Source: the human T2T-CHM13v2.0 reference genome, Homo sapiens. From it: a DNA stretch of 64,000 nt. The stretch lies in the NCBI RefSeq assembly GCF_009914755.1, contig NC_060932.1, one strand, 5' to 3'. The translations under genes were made by a program, and so were the position numbers. Below the pieces are notes generated by a model, which worked only from the letters and a program-made list of their open reading frames with translations, searched no databases and was not told the DNA's origin. Of the stretch, positions 1 through 16,083 are shown piece by piece; the first letter of the stretch is position 1; each line of letters opens with the position of its first letter.

Positions 1-802
1 GGATGTAAATTGTGGCAGTATGGTGCAGTGGTTACTGCTTGGCCTCTGGGGAAACATTGCCTGCATTTGAACCTGAGTAAGTGACTTAACATTCCTATGC
101 TTATTTCCAAGAATAACCTCTTGCTTCTCAACCTCTTATTAAGGATTTGATAAATGAATATATGCAAATATGCTCAGAACAGAGCCTCATACATAGTGCT
201 CAATAAATCTTAGTTATGCTTAATAATTTTGGGCAGAGATTTAATCTCACCAGACTGCAGTGTCATTGTCTGTGAGTGAGTAAAGTAGAAATGCCTCTTT
301 CCTGCTGTAGTTGTGAGAATTTCAGGATATAGTGTGGGCAAAATTCTTAATACCATATCTGACACATAGTAAGAGGTCAGTAAACATTACCTATCATCAT
401 TTTAGCAGCTTGAGGAGCCAAGATGTGCTTCCAGAATGGAAAGACATTTGAGTTAAACCTTGTAGGATGGGTGGAATTAAGACATCAATTCTGCCCTGCT
501 GAAATAATTATTTTGACTGCCATTTATGGTGATATGTATAGGCTTTTTACTAGGTGCTCGACATGAATGATATCATTTCTGCCCCTTCTCCTCCCTGAAA
601 GCCCAATGATGGTGGTTATTTCACAGGTGAGGAACGTGACACTCAGAGAATAGACATGATTTGCTTAAAGTCAATCAGCCTCGGAATGGAAGGGTTGAGA
701 TTTGAGGAAGGGTTTGTTTGTCTGACTCTGGATCCTGAAATTCTTCTCTGGGCTACATGGCCTACATTCCCTCCAGGTCTCTTAGTAATTCCTTGTTTTG
801 TG

Positions 803-922
803 GTTTTTATTTTTAGCGACAGAGTCTTGCTATGTTACCCAGGCTGGTCTCAAACTCATGGGCTCAAACGATCTTCCCACCACAGCCTTCCGAGTAGCTG
901 ACACTACAGGCCACCACACCCA
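803..922 (-). mobile_element. Alu monomer (FLAM-like)
   Basis: Reverse-complement Alu left-arm sequence with T-rich tail, flanked by tgtggtttt on both sides. Confidence 0.75.
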
Positions 923-2455
923 ACTTCTCTCTGTGGTTTTTAACCTCCTCCTAGAGAGTAAACTCAGCCTCAGGAAGGTGAGATAGGAGGCTAGTTAATA
1001 GTCAGTGGATAGAGTGGTAGGAGGAGGGTATGCTCAGTGACTAAGATCCAGCACTGAGCCTCACCCTGTTCGACATTTTCTGGTCACTAGGAACATTTCC
1101 TAGGAAGACTGGCACCACAGCAGCTTCTGTATGAAAGAAGGGAGTATCCTTCACCTAATGATATGGAAACCCTTTGGTTCTCTGAGGCAGCTGTCTAGGA
1201 CTCTCAACTCAATGGAGCTCTTGATCCCCGGGGCCACAATTGCTTTATTTCCTTAGATTGTCCTTATGGCTGCTTCTGCAGAGTTCAATCAATCCAATTG
1301 CAAAACCAGGAAGCACAGAATGTATGGGTCCAGTTGACTCAGCCTCTTAGCTCAGAAATGTAATGCTGTGTCAGTGGGTCCAGCAACATCTGTTCCCTGA
1401 AGCATCAGCCTTTTCCTTGTCAATAAGAGACATTTGCAAATAATTGTGTATTCCCTTGTGATGACTCCTGTCTTATGACTTGTTATAGTCTAGTCCTCCA
1501 GACTGTGGACTCCTTGAGAAGGCAGCCTTGTTGGAAACCAGGCCTTGAGTCTTGGCTGACTTTAATTTGCTGTGTTTGACCTTGGGAAGCTGCTTAGTAT
1601 CTCTGAGCATTAGTTTATTCAGGTAAAATGTGGAGGTTGGAGTAGATGAACTCGAAGGTCCTTTTTAATATGAAGGCACCTGTGATTCTGGGACCTGTGT
1701 ACCCTTCACAGCAGCAACCACATTGCATGTAGCCCACCCTGGATACATATGATTGCCCAATGCTTGTACATGTGACTAATCTGCTATTTGTTTTTATCTG
1801 GGCTTGCTTATTTGGGGAAGTAAAGTTTGATTCTGGTCAGTGTTAATGCATTGGGTGAATACATGTTCAAGTTCAAAGAGCACTGGGTCTGTGGTGAGTA
1901 TACTTGGCGAAGTTACTTGACAACCTCAAGCTTTAGTTCCCTCAGTTTCCTTATCTGTTAAATGGGAATGATCCAAATTTTGACCTCTTAAGGTTGCAAG
2001 GAGGAACAAATAACGTATCTGACTACCCTGTGTAAGCCATAAAGTTGTGCTCAAATCTAAGGATTTTATACTGTAATTCTGTTTCTTGTCTTTGATTTTC
2101 TGTTTTCTGAAACCCCAATCTCCAGAAGGTAATTCCAAACCCGTGTTTCACCAGCAGCATCCTAGAAAGATACGCACACCAAGTTTATATGTTAAAATAA
2201 AAGGAGTTTTGTTTTAAGGTAGAAGCTCAGAAGGTTGAGACTGCATCATTCTAGATGAATGACTAAATTTGGATCTGCAGTTTGCAGATCCTGATTCATA
2301 CATGTCTTATTTGGGGGGAAACGCTGTGCCATTTCAGGCTGAAACAGAGACCCAAATGTTTATAAATTATGCTGGATGAGGCCAGCATCACAAAGTCAGC
2401 TTCCTAATGAGAGAAAAAGCCAGTTCTGCCTAATAATTTTGTTTTCTTTCTGTAG

Positions 2456-2575
<120 letters not shown>

Positions 2576-4217
2576 TAAGCACAGTGCCAGGCACATAGCA
2601 TGGATTTAGTATCTATTTCTTGAATAAATGAGTTAGTGCCTTACATGAAGATAATAGCACTCTGGTGGAGGTTTGCATCTCAGAATGAGATGAACAATTC
2701 CTTGTCTACTCTATTGTCAATATATAAGGGATAGATTTATTTTCTTTTAAATTTAAATTTGAAGTTTTGTGGGTACACAGTAGGTGTATATATTTATGGG
2801 GTACATGAGATTTTGATATAGGTATACAATATGTAAAAATCCCACTAGGGTATATAGGGGATCTATCACCTCAATCATTTATCCTTTCTTTGGTTACCAA
2901 CAATCCATATTACACTGTTTTAGTTACTTAAAAACGTACAGTAAGTTGTTGTTGACTGTACTCACCCTGTTGTGCTATCAAATACTAGATCTTATTCTAT
3001 TGAACTCTATTTTTGTACCCATTAACCATCTGCACTTCTCCCCTGCCTCCCACTACCCTTCCCAGCCTTTGATAACCATCATTTCACTCTCTATCTCAAT
3101 GAGTTTAATTGTTTTAATTTTTAGCTTCTCCACCAGATAAGTGAGAACATGTGAAGTTTGTCTTTCTGTGCCTGGCTCGTTTCACTTAACATGATAACCT
3201 CCTGTTCCATCCATGTTGCTGGAAATGACAGGTTCTCATTCTTTTTCATGGATGAATAGTACTCCATTGTGTATCTGTATCACATTTTCTTTATCTATTC
3301 ATCTGTTGATGGACATTTAGGTTGCTTCCAAATCCTAGCTATTGTAAATAGTGCTGTAACAGACATAGGAGTGCAGACATCTCTTCGATATACTGACTTC
3401 CTTTCTTTTGGATATACACCCAACAGTGGGATTGCTGGCTCATATGGTAGTTCTATTTTTAGTTTTCTGAGGAACTGTCAAACTGTTCTCCATAGTGGTT
3501 GTATTAATTTGCATTCCCATCAACAGTGTATGAGGGTTCGCTTTTCTCCACATCCTCACCAGCATTTGTTATTAGCCTGTTATTTGGAGACAAGCCATTT
3601 TAACTGGGGTGAAATGATATATCATTGAAGTTTGATTTATGTTTCTCTGATGGTTAATGATGCTAAGCGCCTTTTCATATGCTTGTTTGCCATTTGTATG
3701 TCTTTTTTTGAGAAATGGCTATTCAGATCTTTCACCTATTTTAAAATCAGATTATTGGATTTTTTTTTCCTATACAGTTGTTAGAGCTCCTTATAGCTTC
3801 TGGTTATTAATCCCTTGTCAGATAGATAGGATGCAGATATTTTCTCCTGTTCTGTGGATTGTCTCCTCACTTTATGAATTGTTTCCTTTGATGTACATCA
3901 GCTTTTTAACTCGATGTGATCCCATTTGTCCATTTTTGTTTTGGTTGCATATGCTTGTGGTGTATTACTCAAGAAATCTTTGCCCAGATCAATGCCCTGG
4001 AGAGTTTTCCCAATGTTTTCTTGTAGTAGCTTATAGTTTGAGGACTTAGATTTAAGTCTTTAATCCATTTTGATTTGGTTTTTGTATATGGTGGAACATA
4101 GGGGTCTAGTTTCATTCTTCTTTATATGGCTATCCAGTTTTCCCAGCACCATTTATTGAAGAGACTGTCCTTTTCCCAACACATGTTCTCGATACTTTTG
4201 TAAAAAATGAGTTCACT

Positions 4218-4517
<300 letters not shown>

Positions 4518-6374
4518 TCAGTATAGATGAATAGATTTATTTCTGGGTTCTCTATTCTGTTCCATTGTCCATGTGTCTGTTGTTATGCCAGTACCACACT
4601 GTTGTGGTTACTACAGCTCTGTAGCATAATTTGAAATCAGGTAATATGATTCCTCCAGTTTTGTTCTTTTTGCTTAGAATAGCTTTGGCTATTCTGCGTC
4701 TCTTGTGGTTCCATGTAAACTTTAGAATTTTTTTCTATTTCTATGAAGAATGTCATTGGTATTTTGATAGAGATTGCATTGAATCTGTAGATTGCTTTGG
4801 GTAGTGTGGATGTTTTAACAATACTGATTCTTCCAATCCATGAACATGGAATATGTCTCTCTTTTTTTGTGTCCTCTTCAATTTCTTTAACCAGTGTTTT
4901 ATAGTTTTCGTTGTGGAGATCTTTCACTTCTTTGATTAAGTTTATTCCTAGGTATTTTATTTTATTTGTGGCTATTGTAAATGGGATTACTTTCTTGATT
5001 TCCTTTTCACATTGTTCACTGTTGGCATATAGAAATGCTACTAATTTTTAAATGTTGATTTTGCATCCTGCAACTTTACTGAATTTGTTTATCAGTTCTA
5101 ACAGGTTTTTGGTGGAATATTTAGGTTTTTCCAAATATAAGATCATATCATCTGCAAACAAGGATTATTTGACTACTTCATTTCCTATTTAGATGCCCTT
5201 TGTTTCTTTCTCTTGTCTGATTTCTCTCTCTAGGACTCCCAGTATTATGTTCAGTAATAGGGATGAAAGTGGGCATCTTTTTCTTCTTCCAGATCTTAAA
5301 GGAAAGGCTTTCAGTTTTTTTTCCATTTGGTGTGAAACTAGCTGTGGGTCTGTCATATATCGCTTTTATTGTATTGAGGTATGTTCCTTCTGTACTTAGT
5401 GTTTTGAGAGTTTTTTTAATCATGAACGGATGTTAAATTTTATCAAATGCTTTTTCAACATAAATTGGAATGATCATATGGTTTTTGTCCATTCTGTTGA
5501 CGTGATGTATCATATTGATTTGCATACATTGAACTATCTTTGCATCCTTGGTACAAATCCCACTTGGTCATGATGAATGATATTTTTAATGTGTTGTTGA
5601 ATTTGGTTTGCTAGGATTTTGTTGAGGATTTTTGCATCAGTGTTGATCAGGGATATTGGCCTGTAATTTTCTTTTTTGTGTCTTTGTATGGTTTTGGTTT
5701 CAGGGTAATACTGGCCTTGTAGAATGAGTTTGGAAGTATTCCCTCCTCTTCCATTTTTTTGTATTGGAATTCTTTTTTAAAAATATTTTTAAAATATCAG
5801 TAGCTTTTGTAATACAAATAGTTTTCGGTAACGTGGATGAATTGTATTCATCCTTGGTGAAGTCCATGATGAAGTCTAGGATTTTACTGCACCTGTCACC
5901 CAAGCAGTGTACATTGTACCCAGTATATAGTTTTTTATCCTTTGTCCTCTCATACCTCTTCCTTCTGAGTCTCCAAAGTCCATTATACCACTCTGTATGA
6001 CTTTTCATACCCATAGCTTAGCTCCTGCTTATAAGTGAGAACATATGGTATTTGGTTTTCCATTCCTGAGTTACTTCACTTAGAATAATGACCTCCAGCT
6101 CCATCCAAGTTTGCTGCAAAAGACATTATTTTATTCTTTTTTATGGCTAAGTAGTATTCCATGGTGTGTATATACCACATTTTCTTTATCTACTCATTAG
6201 TCAATGGGCATTAAGGTTAGTTCCATATCTTTGCAATTGTGAATTGTGCTGCAACAAACATAAACATGCAGGAGTCTTTATGATATAATGACCTTTTTTC
6301 CTTTGGGTAGATAACCAGTAGTAGGATTGCTGGATTGAATGGTAGATCTACTTTTAGTTCTTTAAGAAATCACT

Positions 6375-6681
<307 letters not shown>

Positions 6682-9548
6682 TCATCATATGGTTTTCCAT
6701 AGAGATTGTACTGATTTACATTCCCACCAGCAGTCTGTAAGCATTCCCTTTTCACCACATTCACGCCAACATCTATTGTTTTTTGACTTTTTAATAATGG
6801 CCCTTCTGGCTGGGGTAGGATGGTATCTCACTGTGGTTTTAATTTGCATTTCCCTAATCATTAGTGATGTTGAGCATTTTTTTCATATGTTTATTGGCCA
6901 TTTGTATTATCTTCTTTTGAGAAATGTCTATTTATGTCATTTGCCAACTTTTTGATGAGATCTGTTTTCTTGCTGATTTGTTTGAGTTCCTGGTATTCTG
7001 GATATTAGTCCTTTGTTGGATGCATAGTTTGCAAAGGTTTTCTCCCATTCTATGGGTTGTCTGTTTACTCTGATTATTTCTTTTGCTGTGTGGAAGCTTT
7101 TTAGTTTAATTAGGTCCCACTTATTTATGTTGGTTTTTGTTGTGTTTGCTTTTGGGGTCTTAGTTATAAATTCTTTTCTTAGGACTGTGTCGTGAATAGA
7201 TTGTTCTATGTTTTCTTCTAGGAATTTTGTGGTTTCTGGTCTTAGATTTAAGTCCTTGATCCATCTTGAGTTGATTTTTGTATACGATACAGATCCAGTT
7301 TTATTCTTCTACGTGTGGCTATCCAGTTTTCCTAGCACCATTTATTAAATAGGGTGTTCTTTCTCCAAATTAATGTTTTGTATGCTTTGTCAAAATTCAG
7401 TTGGTGGTAAGTATTGGCTTTATTTCTGGGTTCTCTGTTCTGTTCTATTGGTCTATGTATCTGCTTTTATACCAATACCATGCTGTTTTAGTAACTATAT
7501 CCTTGCAGTATAACTTGAAGTCAGGTAATGTGATGCTTCCAGATTTGTTCTTTTTGCTTAGGATTGCTTTGGCTATTTGTGCTCTTTTTTTGGTTTTACA
7601 TGAATTTTAGGATTGTTTCTAATTCTGTGAAAAATGATGTTGGTATTTTGATAGGAACTGCATTGAATTTGTAGATTGCTTTGAGAAGTATGGTCATTTT
7701 CACAACACTGATTTTTCTAATCCATGAGCATGAGATGTGTTTCCATTTGTGTCATCTATGATTTCTTTCAGCAGTGTTTTGTAGTTCTCCTTGCAGAGAT
7801 ATTTCACCTCCTTGGTTAAGTATATTCCTAGTTTTTTTTTTCTTTTTTGCAGCTATTGTAAAAGGGATTGTGTTCTTGATTTGATTCTCAACTTGGAAGT
7901 TGTTGGTATATAGCAGTGCTACTGATGTGTGTACATTGATTTGTAACCTGAGATTTTGATGAATTTGTTTATCAAGTCGAGGAGTCTTTAGGGTTTTCTA
8001 GGTATATCATCATATCATTAGCAAACTGCAATAGTTTGACTTCTTCTTTTCCAATTTGAATGTCCTTTATTTCTTTCTCTTGCCTGATTGCTCTGGTTAG
8101 GACTTCCAGTATTAAGTTGCATAGAAGTGGTGAAAGTGGGCTTCCTTATCTTGTTCCAGTTCTTAGGGGAAATGCTTTCAACTTTTCCCCATTCAATATA
8201 ATGTTGGCTGAGGGCTGAGGGTTTTTCATGTAGGGCTTTTATTATTTTGAGATATGTCCCTTCCATGCCTACTTTTTTGAGGGTTTTTTTTTAAATCATA
8301 AAATGATGCTGTATTTTATTGAATGCTTTTGCTGCATCTTTTGAGATGATCATATGGTTTTTAATTCTGTTTATTTGATGTATCACTTATATTGACTTTC
8401 ATACATTAAACCATTCCCGCATCCCTGGAATGTAATGCACTTGATCATGGTGTATTTTCTTTTTGATGTGCTGTTGGATTTGGTTTGCTAGTATTTTGTT
8501 GAAGATTTTTGCATCTGTGTTTATCAGGGATATTGTTCTGTAGTTTTCTCTTTTTGTTATGTCCTTTCCTGGTTTTGGAATCAGGGTGATATTGGCTTCA
8601 TAGAATGAGTTAGAAATAATTCCCTCTTTCTCAATCTTTTGGAATAGTTTCAGTAGAATTGGTACTAACTCTTTTATGAATGTCTGGTAGAATTCAGCTG
8701 TGAATCCATCTGGCCCTAGGATTTTTTTGTTGTTGGCAATTTTTTTTACATTGCTGACTCAATCTCACTGCTTGTTATTGGTCTCTTCAGGGTTTCTATT
8801 TCTTCCTTTCTTAATCTAGGAATGTTGTATATTTCCAGGAATTTATCCATTTCCTCTAGATTTTCTAGTTTGTGTGCATAGAAGTATTCATAGTAGTCTT
8901 GAATGATCTTTTGTATTTTTGTTGTATCAGTGGTAATGTCTCCATTTTAATTTCTAATTGAGATTATTTGCATCTTCCATCTTCTTCTTTTCTTGGTTAA
9001 TATAGATAATGGTCTATTGATTTTGCTTATCTATTTAAAGAAACAATTTTTTGTTTCATTGATCTTGTATATTTTTGGTTTCAATTTCATTTAGTTTTGC
9101 TTTTATCTTTGTTATTTCTTTTCTTCTGCTAACTCTTTGAGTTTTGTTTTTTTCCTATTTTTCTACTTCCTTGAGGTGCGACATTGGGTTGTCAATTTGT
9201 GATCTATCAGACTTTTTGATGTAGGCATTTAGTCCTTCCTCTTAGCACTGCTTCTGCTGTATCTGAGAAGTTTTGATAAGTTGTGTCACTATTATCATTT
9301 ATTTCAAAGAATTTTTAAATTTCCATCTTGATTTCATTGTTAAACCAAAAATCATTCAGGAGCAGACTAATTTCCATGTATTTTTAGTTTTGAGGATTCC
9401 TTTTGGAATTGATATCTAGTTTTATTCTGTGGTCTGAGAAGATACTTGATATGATTTCAATTTTTAAAAGTTTGAGATTTGTTTTGTGTCCTATCATATC
9501 GTCTATCTTGGAGAATGTTCCCTGTGCTGATAAGAAGAATGTATATCC

Positions 9549-9964
<416 letters not shown>

Positions 9965-12900
9965 TTAAAAGAAACTTCCCACCAGCAGAAAGTTCTGGGA
10001 CTCAAGGCCTGCTATGTGGATTTTTTTGTCCCACAGGGTGCTCCCTTAATATGATGCACTGCCCCTTTCCCTCAGAGTAGGAGTCCCTGAGAGCCAAACT
10101 ACAGTGAATGTTGCTGTTCTTCTGGGTCTAGCCACCCAGAGGGGCTGCCACAATCCAGGCTTGTTTGTGAAAATGCCAACAAATGATCCAGTGATGTGGT
10201 CTGTCCTCAAGTCTCCCAGCAGTGGCTACCAGTACCAGTTCTAATGAGGGTGGTCAGGGGAGTGATGTAGACTCTGTGAGATTCTCTGATTATAAATAGC
10301 CTTAGTGTGTTGGCTTTCTCAAATGCCGGTTGTAGTAGTAATGAGCTGATCATGTAGGCAGACTTAGGACCTCCTGTTTATCCAGGGTGCTCAGCAATGC
10401 TGTTAGTTAAGGCCATGCACAAGTTTTCTCCTTCCTGGATGCTGTTATTCTACCTGAAGGTGCTGTAATAGACTGTGTCGGTTGGCCTCCAGCCAGGAGG
10501 TGGTGCTTGCAAAAAGGTATCAGCTGCAGTGGTGGTGGTGGGATTTGTGCTTGCCTTATGCTGCCCAGAGGAGGTACTCTGGCATCTCAGGCAATGAGTG
10601 GAACCACAGAGCTTCCAAATTTTGTCCTTTGTGTTATGTTATCAGTGTGGGTGGAGGCTCAAAGACAGGTGGGGTCTGGGTCTGGGCCTGTCAAGTCCAT
10701 GCTCTGGCTCTTCACATGCAGGGCAAGCAGCAGCTCAAATGGGGAGTTAGGGAAACAGTTCTCTGACCACTGGGGCAATGCTTCAAGAAAGAGCACAGCT
10801 GCCTTTTCTGTACGGAAGAGTCCAGAGAAGGAGTGGGGGGTAGCATGCAGCAGTAAGCCCCACCCAGCTCCTACACATTGGCGAGACATATCTTTCACCC
10901 ACGGTATTCCACCAGCAGCAGCTAGCTAAGTTCCAGGCAGTCTCTGCTCAGAACTTACAACTGCCCCAGGTCATAAGCCTTCCCTGGTGGAGACAGCAAC
11001 TGCAGCTTGCAGGCCACACACCTCCCAGTTCACCCGCAAAACCCAGGCTCCCAGCTCTAGCACTTGTGGCTGCAACACGTTTCCCACTTGTCCCCCAGTT
11101 CTGGCCAAGGGAGTTTGTCCCCACTTGAGATTATTTTGTACCTCTCAGCTGGGGGCTTCTGTAAACCTGCAACCATCACCTGAGTTAGCTGGCAGGCTTC
11201 TACAAGGTCCCCTGTGAGGTAGGATCAGGAATGGCTTCCCTCTATCTGTACTGGAGATTGGGAATGTATGCATAACTTGTGGTTGCTTCTACTTTTATGT
11301 TTCTCTTTGCTCCCTAAATAAGTTAGCACTTGTTAGGGTTAAGGTCTTCCTCCATGGCCTGGATTGTGAGATTCTCTGGTGGGAGTGTATATCCCAGAGG
11401 CAATTTATCTCCTTCTCACAGTCTGGGGACTTAAAATATTCTGCCTGGCTCACAGTTTAGGCTGCAGCCCACTGCTTCTTTCAGAGGGTCTGTAGTTTCT
11501 TTCAGAAAGTTTTCCTGTTAAGTTCCTGCATTGTTTCTTGAAGAAAAGCTCACAGCATGAATCTCTACACACTATTTTGTCTTTCCAAGTGGGAGAGTCA
11601 TGGTAACCATGCCTTCAGTCCACCATCTTGAAAAAACTTGTGTTTTTCTTTAAATGTTTGGTGAATTTCAGCACTGAAGCCATGGGGTCCTGGACTTTTC
11701 TTTGTGAGGAGACTTTTTATTATGATTTTGATCACATTACTTATTACTGGCCAGTTCAGGTTTTGCATTTCTTTATGATTCAATCTTGGTAGGTTGTTTA
11801 TGTCTAAGAATTTATCCATTTCTTCTAGGTTTTCCAATGTATTGGCACATAGTTGTTCATAGCAGTCTCTAATGATTCTTTGAATTTTTGCAATATGTGT
11901 TGTAATGTCTCCTTTTTATCTCTGATTTTATTTATTTGGGTCTTCTCTTTTTTTTTAGTCTGGCTACAGGATTGTCAATTTTATCTTTTCAAAAAACCAA
12001 TTTTTCATTTTGTTGATCTTTTGTATTGTTTTTATGTTGTTGTTTAGATTTCATTTAGTTCTGCTCTGCTCTGTATTTCTTTCCTTATACTAATTTTGAA
12101 TTTGTTTGCTCTTGCTTTTTCAACTCTTTAAGATGCATCGTTAGGTTGTTTATTTGATGTTTTTCTAGTTTTTTGATGTAGGTGCTTATTGCTATAAACA
12201 TTCCTCTTAGTACTGCTTTTGCTGTATCTTATGGGTTTTGGTATGTTGTGTTTCCATTATTTGTTTCAAGAAATTTTTAAATTTCCTTCTTAATTTCTTT
12301 ATTGACCCACTGGCATTCAGGAATATATTGTTTATATGTGCTCATATAATTTCCAAAATTTCTCGCGTTACTGATTTCTAGTCTTATTCTATTGTAATCA
12401 GAGAATATACTTGATATAATTTTAATTGTTTTGAATTTTTAAAGACTTGTTTTGTGGCCTAACATATGGTCTGTCCTTGAGAATGATCCATGTGCTGAGA
12501 AGAATGTGTATTCTATAGCCATTAGAAGAAATGTCCTATAAATATCTATTATGTCCATTTGTTCCATGGTGCAGATTAAGTCCAATGTTTTTCTGTTGAT
12601 TTTCTGTCTGGATGATTTTTCCAGTGCTGAAAGTAGGGTATTGAAGTCTCCAGCTATTATTGTGTTGCGGTCTATCTTTCTCTTTAGCTCTAATAATAAT
12701 TCCTTTATAAATCTGGGTGCTTCAGCATTGGGTGCCTTTGTATTTTCAATTGTTATATCCTCCTGCTGAAATGACTCCTTGGTCTCTTTTCATAATTTTT
12801 ATGTTGAAATCTACTTTATGTGATATAATTATATCTACTCCTGTTTTTTGTTTGTTTCCATTTACATGGAATATCCTTTTTCATTTTTCTCAGTCTCTAT

Positions 12901-14757
12901 GTGTATTTATAAGTGAAGTGTGTTTCTTGTAGGCAGCAGATCATTGGACCTTGTGTTTTTATTTATTCTGCCACTGTATATTTTTTGATTAGAGAGTTTA
13001 TCCACTTACATTCAATTTTATTATTGATACATAAGGACTTACTTCTGCTATTTTGTTATTTGTTTTCTGGTTGTTTCATGGTCTTCCTTTTCTTCCTTCC
13101 TGTCTTTCTTTTATTGAAGGCAATTTTCTCTGGCATGTTTTAATTTCTTGCTTTTAATTTTTTGTGCATCTGTTGTATGTTTTTTGATTTGAGGTTATCA
13201 TAAGGCTTGAAATACGATCTTGTAACCCATATTTTAAATTTATGATAACGCTGATTGTATAAAGAAGCAAAAAAAGCAAAGAGAAAATGAATAAAAACTC
13301 TACACTTTAATTTCATCCACTCACTTTTAAGTATTTGTTGTATACTGTCCATGTCTTAAAGTTGTTGTAGTTATTTGTTTTTGATAGGTTCGTCTTTTAG
13401 TTTTCTACTAAAGATACAAGTAATTTAGACACCACAATTACAGTGTTATAATGTTCTATGTTTCTTTGTGTACTTACTATTACCAGTGAGTTTTGTACCT
13501 TCAGATGATTTCTTGTTGCTCATTAACATCTTTTTCTTTCAAATTGAAAAACTTCCTTTAGCATGTCTTTTAGGATAGGTCTAGTGTCAATGAAATCTCT
13601 CAGCATTTATTTGTCTGTGAAAGTCTTCATTTCTCCTTCATGTTTAAAGAATATTTTTGCTAAATATACTATTCTAGGATAAAAGGGTTTTTGTTGTTAT
13701 TGTTTAGCACTTTGAATATGACATGTCACTCTCTCCTGGCCTGTAAGGTTTCCACTGAGAAGTCTCCTGACAGATGTATTGGAGCTTCTTTGTATGTTAT
13801 TTCTTTTCTCTTGCTGCTTTTAGGTTCTTTATCCTTGAGTTTTGGGACTTTGATTATTAAATGTCTTGAGGTAGTCTTCTTTGGATTAAATCTGCTTGGT
13901 GTTCTATAACCTTGTACTTGAATATTGAAATCTTTCTCTAGGGTTGGGAAGCTCTCTGTTATTATTATCCCTTTGAATAAACTTTCTACCCTGATCTCTG
14001 TCTTTCTACCTCCTCTTTGAGGCCAATAATTCTCAGATTTGCCCTTTAGAGGTGATTTTCTAGATCTTATAGGCATGTTTTATTCTTTTCTATTCTTTTT
14101 TTCTTTTGCTTCCTCTGTGTATTTTCAAATAGGTTGTCTTCAAGCTCACTAATTCTTTCCACTTAATTCTGCTGTTAAGAGACTCTGATGTATTCTTCAG
14201 TATGTTGGTTGCATTTTTTAGCTCCAGAATTTCTGCTTGATTCTTTCTAATTATTCAATCTCTTTGTTAAATTTGTCTGGTAGTATTCTGAATTGCTTCT
14301 CTGTGTTATCCTGAATTTTATTAAGTTTCCTCTATACAGCTATTTTGATTTCTCTGAAAGCTCACATATCTCTGCCTTTCTGGAATTGGTCACTAGTGCT
14401 TTATTTAGTTTGCCTGGTGAGCTCATGTTTTCCTGGATGGTCTTGATGCTTGTGGATATTATTTGGTGTTTGGGTATTGAAGAGTTAGGTATTTATTGTA
14501 GTCTTTGTAGTCTGGGGTTGTTTGCGCCCATCCTTCTTAGGAAAGCTTTCTAGATATTTGAAGGGACTTGGGAGTTGTGATCTAATCCTTTGGTTACTGA
14601 AGTTGCATCTGAATTAGAGGGAACTTCAAGCCTAGTAACACTGTGGCTCTTGCAGAGTTGTAGAGGTACTGCCTTGGTGATCTTGGGTAAGATCCAAAAG
14701 AATTCTCTTGATTAATAGGCAGAGACACTTGTTCTCTTAGTTTCCCTCAAAAAGAGG

Positions 14758-14761
<4 letters not shown>

Positions 14762-14815
<54 letters not shown>
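14762..14815 (+). repeat. (TC)n microsatellite inside the L1 5'UTR
   Basis: Uninterrupted ct run of ~54 bp. Confidence 0.97.
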
Positions 14816-14818
<3 letters not shown>

Positions 14819-15632
14819 CTGAGTTGCCTGGAGCTGGGGGAGGGGTGACACAAGCACTTCTGTTGCTACCACCACTGGGACTGGGCTGGGTCAGACCCAA
14901 AGCCAGCACATCCCTGGGTCTCGCCTAAGGCCCATGATGACCACTGTCTGGCTACTGCCTGTGTTCAGTCAAGGACCAAGGGCTGTACCTCAGCAGGTGG
15001 TTAATCCAGCCAGGTGCCTGTCCTTTCCTTCAGGGCAATGAGTTCACCCCTGGCCCCAGATGGGTCCAGAGATGTCATCTGGGAGCCAGGACTTGGAATC
15101 TAAAACCTTAGAAATCTACCTGGTTTTCTATTCTACTGCGGCTGAGCTGGCATCCAAGTTGCAAGACAACATTCTTTCCACTCTTCTCTCTCCTTTTCTC
15201 AAGCAGCTGAGTCTCTACCCATGACCACTGCCGCCCTAGCCCCACAGCAAGTACTGCCTGGCGATTAGCAATGTTCACTCAAGGCCCAAGGGCTCTTTAG
15301 TCTGCTTATGATGAATCCAGGCTTAGGTCCCTCCCTTTGTGACAATGGGCTCCTCTCTGACCCAAGACAGGTCCAGAAATGCTGTCTAGGAGAGTGAAGG
15401 CCTGAAATCAGGGGCCCTGAGAACCTGCCTGGTGTTCTACCTCATTGTGGCCAAGCTGGAATCTCAGCTGTGAGACAAAGTCCCCTTTATTCTTTCCTCT
15501 CCTTTCCTCAAACAGAAGGGGTTTCTCCCCATAGTTAACACCGCTGGGAATGTGTTGGGTCACACCTGAAGCCAGCATGGTGCTGAGTCTCACCCAAGGA
15601 CAGTGGTGAGTACTGCCTGGCTACCACTGCTA

Positions 15633-16083
<451 letters not shown>

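Noticed and set aside
1926-2360. Minus-strand acceptors near 2161 and 2338 as the terminal exon of the antisense transcript
   Set aside because: Plausible, but I could not choose between them or locate a convincing poly(A) site from sequence alone
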